Under the pieces are notes generated by a model. That model saw nothing but the letters and a program-made list of their open reading frames with translations. It ran no database searches and had not been told where the DNA came from. From Octopus vulgaris (lineage: Eukaryota), in contig OX597814.1 of NCBI GenBank assembly GCA_951406725.2, positions 12,400,001-12,464,000 of the forward strand: a stretch of DNA of 64,000 nt, read 5' to 3'. Of this stretch, positions 55,734 through 64,000 are shown piece by piece. A program made the translations under genes and the position numbers. Each line of letters starts with the position of its first letter. The stretch's first letter is position 1.

Positions 55734-55920
55734 ATTTTTTTTATTTTTAATTTTATTTTTATGTATTAGACATTCATTAGTACAACACCAAAAAAAAAAA
55801 AAACCCAAATATATGGCACAGAACTTCCAACCTGTTGTCTCTTGAGGTCTCTGGGTGAGACTTGGAGCCAACTTGTACAGACATAAAGCAAAAGTCAAAC
55901 ATAGGATAATAATAATAATA
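55170..55920 (+). mobile_element. Probable retroposon 3' ends terminating in (TAC)n/(TAA)n
   Basis: Complex sequence 55170-55610 ends in (TAC)n(TAA)n; 55800-55905 ends in (TAA)n. Both are single copy in this window, so family identity is unconfirmed. Confidence 0.35.
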
Positions 55921-56599
55921 CAGTAAAAATCATGGAATAAATTTCATTGAGAAAACAAATGAGAATGTTTGGGCCAAGTTCTTATGCAAATGATGTAAAT
56001 ATACGAAAATGTAACCACTTCGTGCAGAATTTTCGAAACTAAATAAAAAGATATTGAACTATCCTATAAGATTTGTGAGGCAGTTAAGCATACATGTTAT
56101 ACTATGTTTGAATGAACAGAAACTGAACAATCTCCTCCATGGCTCACCATGTCAAATACAGGAGTAGAATGAGAACTGTGATATAAGGATAAAAGGAATT
56201 AAGAAAACTGCTGGAAAATACAATCATTCGCAACTCAAATTGCATAGTACATGAAATTTTAAGTACATTTTCCGGGATACAAATTCTACATATATAATTC
56301 AGTGTTTGCAACAGAACCTTTAAAAAGTGTTTCGTCAGATTTTAATGGCCATGGAACGAATAGAATACTTCGACGAAAATCTGACATAAATCTATGTCAT
56401 AATTCCAAGGATTTCCAAACATTAGTCTTCACTAATAAAACATCGATTACAAATCAAACTCTGAACTAAAATGCATTTTCTGTGAAGGACTGTATCATTT
56501 TACTGCTTACGTAATGAATACTTTAGGCTTTGTTCCCTAGTGCTAACAAACGTTCTGATGATTGTTCTGATGATTACGAATATATGGGACAGGAAGCCG

Positions 56600-57063
56600 A
56601 AAGCTTTTATATATTTATTGTAAAGGGCAACATTATCATAATATACACCTGTCTCTATATTGTCTATATTTTTCTATACATATGCGCGCAAGGGCTTAGG
56701 GTCCCTGCGACTACCTATTTCGAGATAATGGAGACGGTTATCAGGCTTTGGATCGGAAGAACTGCTCGTGGGAGGCCGAATATATTCCAGTAAGACTCAC
56801 ACAACTTGCACAAATGGCCGAAAATTGTCATAACCATGTTACTCTTAACATTTTGCTTCCTGGTTGTGCTAATTTAAACCCTCTGGACTATTCTTTCTGG
56901 CGTGTAAATGTGCGGGAGCACAACAATTATGAACACGATACCAATGACTCTTTGATGGATGTCCACTACTGAGTACATTGTGTTCAACAAAAATAAAATT
57001 ATCTGATCAACGCATCAAGTCGTATCGACGCAGCAGTCGAGGCTGATGGCGGTTTTATTGAAA
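56600..57063 (+). pseudogene. Tc1/mariner-superfamily (maT/DD37D-like) transposase remnant
   Basis: Peptides LLPGCANLNPLDYSFW (resembling WPPxSPDLNPLDYxxW) and RIDAAVEADGGFIE (typical C-terminus). Confidence 0.7.
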
Positions 57064-57674
57064 AGCATTTTGATACGTGTGTGTAAGAATATGTGACCCT
57101 AATCACACACACACGCGCACACACACGCACACGCACACACACACACACATACTCACACATACATACATACATATATATAGAGAGATAGATAGAGAGAGAT
57201 AGAGGGAGATAGAGATAGAGAGAGAAAAGGATAGAGGAATAGAGATAGATAGATACAGAGACAGAGGGGGGAGCAGCCCCTACTAGGCTGATGTTTAAAG
57301 ATCCGAACCCCGCCTGAGATTCCTGAAACATCAATGATAATGCATCCCAGAGAATCCTCAAGTTGTATTGTAAAAGTAAATATATAATGTAACGTAATGC
57401 AATATGATATAATGCATAATATATATATATAAATAAAATAAAATAATAATAAAAAATATATATATATATATTTATAATTTATAAGTTTAAATTATTAATT
57501 TAAATAATTTTTTCAATTTTTAACTTTAATTTAAATATTTTAATTGGATTTTTATATTTTATATTTTATATTTTTTATATATTTTTTAATTAATTTTATT
57601 TCTATGTATTGGCTGATGATTTTCACCGTTTGATTTGCCTAGTAGTGGTTTTTTCTCTAATTTAATATAATATA

Positions 57675-57965
<291 letters not shown>

Positions 57966-57981
57966 TATATATACATGTATA

Positions 57982-58387
57982 TAGTAAAGACTATTTGCCA
58001 ACATGATGTGGCAGTCCTGGATGGAACGAATGTTACTGTTGTTTTGCTTCAGGAAACGTCGTTTCCTGTTGGCTATACGACACAATATCTGTGTCTTTAT
58101 GTTTTCCAATAGAGGAGCTCTGCACCTCCAGCCAGCACAAATTCAAAATGATACACAGTTTCTAATCTAATAAAAAGAAACTTTATTTTTTCTAAACCTC
58201 TCATCGTGAGATATTCAGTAACTGCATTTCAAAGTAAAGATTATTTGCCAACATGTGACAGTCCTGGATGGGAACGAATGTCACTGATTTTAGCCCCAGG
58301 AAACGTCATTTTCAGCTGGCTATACGGCACAATATCTGGGTCCTTATATTTTCGAACAGAGAAGCTCATTACCCCCATCCAGCACAA
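57982..58387. repeat. Diverged direct duplication of about 155 bp
   Basis: 57982-58140 and 58233-58387 both run agtaaaga.tatttgccaacatg ... ccagcacaa. Confidence 0.85.
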
Positions 58388-58819
58388 GACAACATCTGTG
58401 GACCGGTTTCTGGGTATAGAGAGAGTGTGACAGAAAAAGAGAGATGGGGAGTGATATGGATTGATACATACATACATACATAATTGTAACTTCTCTTAAC
58501 AAGGCAAAAGATAGTGGTGAATTTCGCTTTTATGTGTCTTTCATCGGACAGTCCGATAAATATAGAATGAAGATATAAAAGATACAGTTTAAATATTTGC
58601 GCAAAGCTGAGAATGTTCTTTCGTAGCTATTCAATTCGAAGCTTCTACGAGGTATTTTAAACTGTCTGATTATCTGCGTAATTGTGTTCAAGGAAATCTG
58701 ATTGCTAGTGAGACCGCCGTTTCACACACAAGCGTGAATTTCCGTGTATCATCGGCTTTAGAGAATTAGGTGCTGAAAGCACGATCTCTCATATCATCTA
58801 AACATTTACAAATGCACAA

Positions 58820-58866
<47 letters not shown>

Positions 58867-58899
58867 TACACACACACACATGTATGTACGTACGCTACT

Positions 58900-59297
58900 A
58901 TTTTATTTGTTTCATTCTTTGGACTGAGGCCAGGCTGGAGCCTCGCCTCCCTGGGTTAGTCGAATAAATGAACTCCAATACTTATTTCCAGTCTAGTACT
59001 TATTCTGTTGGGACCTTTCGCCAAACTGTTATGTTAGTGGGAATAATAACAGTCCTACAATAGTTATCAAAGTGTAGTGGGGACAAAACCACATTAACAC
59101 ACATTAATACAACGACACACGCGTATAGACACACACACATACCGACACACACATATAAAGTCGAACTTCTACGCTGTTTCCATCTACCAGTTGACTCAGA
59201 TGTCATTCAAAGGTATTGGCAGACACTTCATATAATCATGTGCAATGCCACTGAAACCGAAACCAGTTGGCTGCAATGAGAATTTCTTAACCACACA
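58900..59297 (-). mobile_element. SINE family B, degenerate
   Basis: ctagtacttattct, ggggacaaa and ttcttaaccacac motifs. Confidence 0.6.
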
Positions 59298-59445
59298 ACG
59301 ATAGAAATAGTTTAACTTTGAATTGAAGGATTATTCAATGTATCGTTAATGTATTTAATTTTTACAATGAAAATGTTTACCGTTATTTCGAAGATTCGAT
59401 TATGTAGCCACCATCGAAGACTTTGTCGAAACCTACGGACCTTTT

Positions 59446-59506
<61 letters not shown>

Positions 59507-59739
59507 TGTATGTGTGTGAGTGTGCATGAAATGTATGGCTATTTAGGGATATACTGTATAGAGAGAGTGAGAAAGAGATAGAGAAAGGAAGAGATAAGAG
59601 TTCTGCAATTTCTTTCTAAACGATCACGCTGATGATTTGTTTAGGGCGATCGAATGTTTGTGTTTTTATAAATATACTCTTTCCACCAAAATCGACATGG
59701 GCCCTACCCCTACAGGTACACAAGTGTGTCAGACGTCAG

Positions 59740-59866
59740 ATCTCGAAATGATTGAAGAGCAATGTGAAGTCCAGTGTTTTGTTCATGAACACAACACGCA
59801 GCACGGTTTCGGAATCGAACCTATGATCAAGCTAACATAAGTGCAGCACCCTAACCACCAGGCTAC
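59740..59866 (-). mobile_element. Old tRNA-derived SINE head
   Basis: ggaatcgaacc (B box) and ccctaaccaccaggc (A box) in reverse orientation; a faint relative lies at about 17543-17685 (+). Confidence 0.5.
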
Positions 59867-60104
59867 TATAAAGTTTTGAATGCCTCGTTCTTTCGCACCC
59901 CAAAATTACTGGCCTTGTACAAAAATTTGAAACCATTATTATACGTTGGAAAGTTTCAGTATTTTATGATTCTTTTCTATGATCTGTTTCATAAGACCTT
60001 TATATATGATCGGAACGCATCCCTTCCTGACCCGCGAGATGGACGATGCGTTGTGGTTACTTTTGTTCGAACCCATTTCATATTGCAGTTTGTCGTGGTC
60101 TGAT

Positions 60105-60480
60105 ATGTGCCCTGAATGTTGGTCAATAAGCGAAAGACGAATACAAGCGTCTGAAATGGGCTTCTTAGAAAGATTTCTGGAGTAACTTTACTCGGCAGGT
60201 TGCGCAGTTCCGTAAGCAAGGAGTCTCTCCAAGTCAAGCCGCAACTTCTCCACATTGTGCTGTCACAACTCCAATACTACGGACATATGATTAGAATGTG
60301 ATAGGATAGAATCACAAGACGGGTTCTTGAAGCCGAGCAAACCGTCAGAACAATTAGAGGCTGGCCATGAACGAGATGGTTGGATAATATTTATGTTTCA
60401 GTTGCTCATAATTGGGAATACAGCTGGAAAGTCTAATGACAGTTGTTTCGACAGGACCCTGTGAAGGAGGTACCTGAGAG
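60105..60480 (+). mobile_element. Decayed RTE-clade LINE 3' fragment
   Basis: Peptides ECWSISERRIQASEMGFL / GVTLLGRLRS..QLQYYGHMIRM. Confidence 0.7.
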
Positions 60481-60829
60481 AGAAGCGAGCGAGAGAGAAT
60501 GAAAGAGCGAGAGATTGGGAGGAGGAGGGTGGAAAATCAACTCCCTATACTTTTGTTCCGTCTCAGATTAAGATTTGAACCCAGGCCAATAATGTCCGGA
60601 AAACCACATCAATTTTTTTCTATTCAATTCTTTAATGGCTCATCCAGTTCACCGCTTAACATTTGTATGTGTGTGTGTGTGTGTGTGCGTGCGTGAGCGT
60701 TTGTATTTCTGTGTGTGTGCCCGCTTGTCTGTATATGTCTATATACTGATATGTATATGTATATTCATATGCCTATAATACATACATACATACATACATG
60801 CATGCATACATACATACATACATACATAC

Positions 60830-60896
<67 letters not shown>

Positions 60897-61559
60897 GGTG
60901 TGTGTGTGTGTGTGTGTGAGAGAGTATGTGCGAAACGATATTATCTGCTTTCGTGACAGCTGAAATCTTCTCTCAATATAATGCCTCAAGACACAACTCT
61001 ATACGTCGTTTGTGTCAAAAAGCTACAATATAATTGACATAATACATAAACCTCGTTATGATTCTTGACAAAAATGAGATGTCTGGAATGTTTTTTTGAG
61101 GGAACTACTTTATTTTGATTTCGTGTGTACGTGATGCTGAATACCGTTGGGGTATGATTGTCTTGTATTAGATTTTTGATAGAAGAGTTTCCCCAAAAAA
61201 TAACCGTGAAACACTATAATAAAAATTGGAAAGAAAAGGGGTGGAGAAAAGAAGCTAGTGGTGTATTTAGTCTGTTTATTTTTTTTGCTTTCTTTGATCA
61301 AGGAAACATTGACCCATATGTATGTGTGTGTGTGTGTATGAGAGTGTGTATACATATATATGTATATATATTTACATAATATACAAATGTATGTATGTAT
61401 GTATCTATCTATCCGACGCAAAACGTAGTGTATGAATATTCCTTATAGTGTAGATGCTGGTCTTTTTTTTATTCGCCAAAGCTTCGTGTTACCACTGGCC
61501 TCGGAAATGAGGTTAACGAAAATCAACAGAAAGTATGTGTGTGCATGTTTATTTGTGTT

Positions 61560-62017
<458 letters not shown>

Positions 62018-62532
62018 GCACAGAGTTCGACTGAGCTCTACATTGCTTAAGATTCTTGTGCGTAGCACACGTCCGAATTGTAAGATGTTCGGATAAAGTG
62101 CATGTTGTAAACAACGACCCCAGACTTATTCGAACATCTCACGAGGTAGACATGTACTACACGCACCCACAAAACTTTAAGAGATGTAGAAATGCGTTAA
62201 ACTGTAATTTAATATCTCTAACCATAACCAAATATGTTGACTGCTATCTTATTTCATTCTTTTACTCACTCACTCGTGTACATCTATAGGTGCACATATG
62301 GGTGACCAAAAAATACAACTGTCAAGCAACTCTGTGGTATTGAGCAGAATATTTGCTCTAATGATATTTCTGCTCCAGCAACTCACCGCTGAATCTGTCT
62401 GACATGTAATGGGAAATAGGTCAGTTTATAAGTGTTGATGTCCAGGTCAAAAACAAGAAAGTTTGAAGGGAAGAGTAGTCATTTCCTTTGATTTCTAGAT
62501 AGAAGCAAATGGCAAATAACACTTACTGACAA

Positions 62533-62604
<72 letters not shown>
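62533..62604. repeat. (TAA)n microsatellite at the 5' junction of the Dong-like element
   Basis: Perfect array. Confidence 0.97.
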
Positions 62605-62606
<2 letters not shown>

Positions 62607-64000
62607 GGCGTTTGATAGCATCCCCCACACATGGATCCTCGAAACACTAGCCATTAACAAAGTAGCACCAACAATCATAAAATTCATAGAGCACTCTATG
62701 AATAAATGGCAAACAGTCCTACACCTCCAAACAAAAGAGGGACTCATGAAAACAAAAGACATCCCCATTAGAAGAGGAATATTCCAGGGAGATACGCTCT
62801 CTCCACTCCTTTTCTGCTTAGCACTGTCACCTCTATCTGATATGCTAAATAGAACTGGATGCGGATATAAATGTTACGGCCAAACGATCAGCCACCTTTT
62901 ATATATGGATGACCTAAAACTATACGCTGCAAATGACAAACAGCTGGAAACACTATTAAAGACAGTTCATGGATTTACCAAAGAAATATATATGAAATTT
63001 GGATTAGAAAAATGCGCCAAAGTAACCATGAAAAGAGGAAAACTAGTTAAGAGTAACAACATCACACTAGATGAAGCAAATGAAATAAAAGAATTAGACC
63101 AAAGCCAAACTTACAAATACTTAGGAATCCATGAACTAGATAAGACACAACACACACAAATGAAAGAGAAAATAAAAAAGAATATTATAGACGAGTTAGA
63201 TCAATACTAAACACAGAGCTCAATGCTAAAAACAAGATAATAGGTATCAACACTTTAGCTGTCCCAGTTATAAGTTACAGCTACAATATCCTTAACTGGA
63301 CACGAAATGAACTGACCAAAATAGACAGGAAAACAAGAAAAATAATGACAGGATCTAGGATGCATCACCCAAAATCTGACATAGAAAGACTATATATACA
63401 ACGTATAGAAGGTGGTAGAGGCCTTATACAGCTGGAAAACTACTATAAAATAACCACCATAGGACTGCAAAAATATCTACTTCAGAAGGAAGGAAAACTG
63501 ATCCAGATAGCGGCAAAACACGAGCAAAACAAAAAACTGTTCTCAGTATTTAAGGAAGCTGACAAATACAAACAAGAAATCATACCACCTAATAAACATG
63601 AAGAAGAAGAAGAAGATGAAGAAACAACAAAAGCTATAAAAAAAATGAAATCCAAACTAAAAATAGAACAGCAACGAACCATGATAAAACGATGGCAAGA
63701 AAAGCCCCTTCATGGTAAATACTGGACTAAACTAAACGCAAAAGAAATAGACAAAGAAAAATCCCAGCAATGGTTGAGAAGCTCAGGACTCAAAGCAGAA
63801 ACAGAGGGATTTTTAATTGCAGCACAAGACCAAAGCCTCCCCACCAGAAATTACCAAAAACATGTAATGAAAAGAAATATTACAAGTAACTGCAGAATAT
63901 GTGGAGATGGACAAGAAACAATAAATCATATTATCTCTAGCTGCCCAGTCCTGGCTAAGAAGGAATATATTCACAGACATGACAGAGTTGGAACTTACAT
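62605..64000 (+). mobile_element. R4/Dong-clade non-LTR retrotransposon, 5'-truncated within the RT, continuing past the window
   Basis: KAFDSIPH, RRGIFQGDTLSPLLF, SHLLYMDDLKLYA, FGLEKC and YKYLG, then one frameshift near 63175. The second frame is open to the end: RLYIQRIEGGRGL, IAAQDQSL, CRICGDGQETINHIISSC, RHDRV. Confidence 0.92.

Overview
AT-rich, microsatellite-dense eukaryotic DNA that is intergenic or intronic. It is probably cephalopod (Octopus-like), which I infer from the SINE families and overall repeat content. No host protein-coding gene can be supported, and almost all listed ORFs are translations of microsatellites or SINEs. Real coding signal comes only from transposons: a 5'-truncated but uninterrupted Tx1-clade LINE inside a (TATC)n array (4844-7828), an R4/Dong LINE next to (TAA)n running off the right end (62605-64000), RTE remnants, hAT and mariner/Tc1 transposase remnants, and two Penelope-type GIY-YIG endonuclease C-termini. 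Non-coding mobile elements include three tRNA-derived SINE families, a solo LTR, MITEs and a non-autonomous Helitron. Three patterns stand out. (1) Several short fold-back modules embedded in (TA)n carry minimal type I hammerhead-ribozyme cores typical of Penelope pseudo-LTRs; these include a 183-bp-arm palindrome with one ribozyme per strand, a compensated U3-A8 core variant, and variants with very long loop II. (2) The youngest SINE family shares its 3' tail (35/41 nt) with the Tx1 LINE, suggesting a SINE-Tx1 partnership. (3) Three young SINE tails join older SINE copies at the same head position. All calls were made by eye; coordinates of degenerate repeats are approximate.
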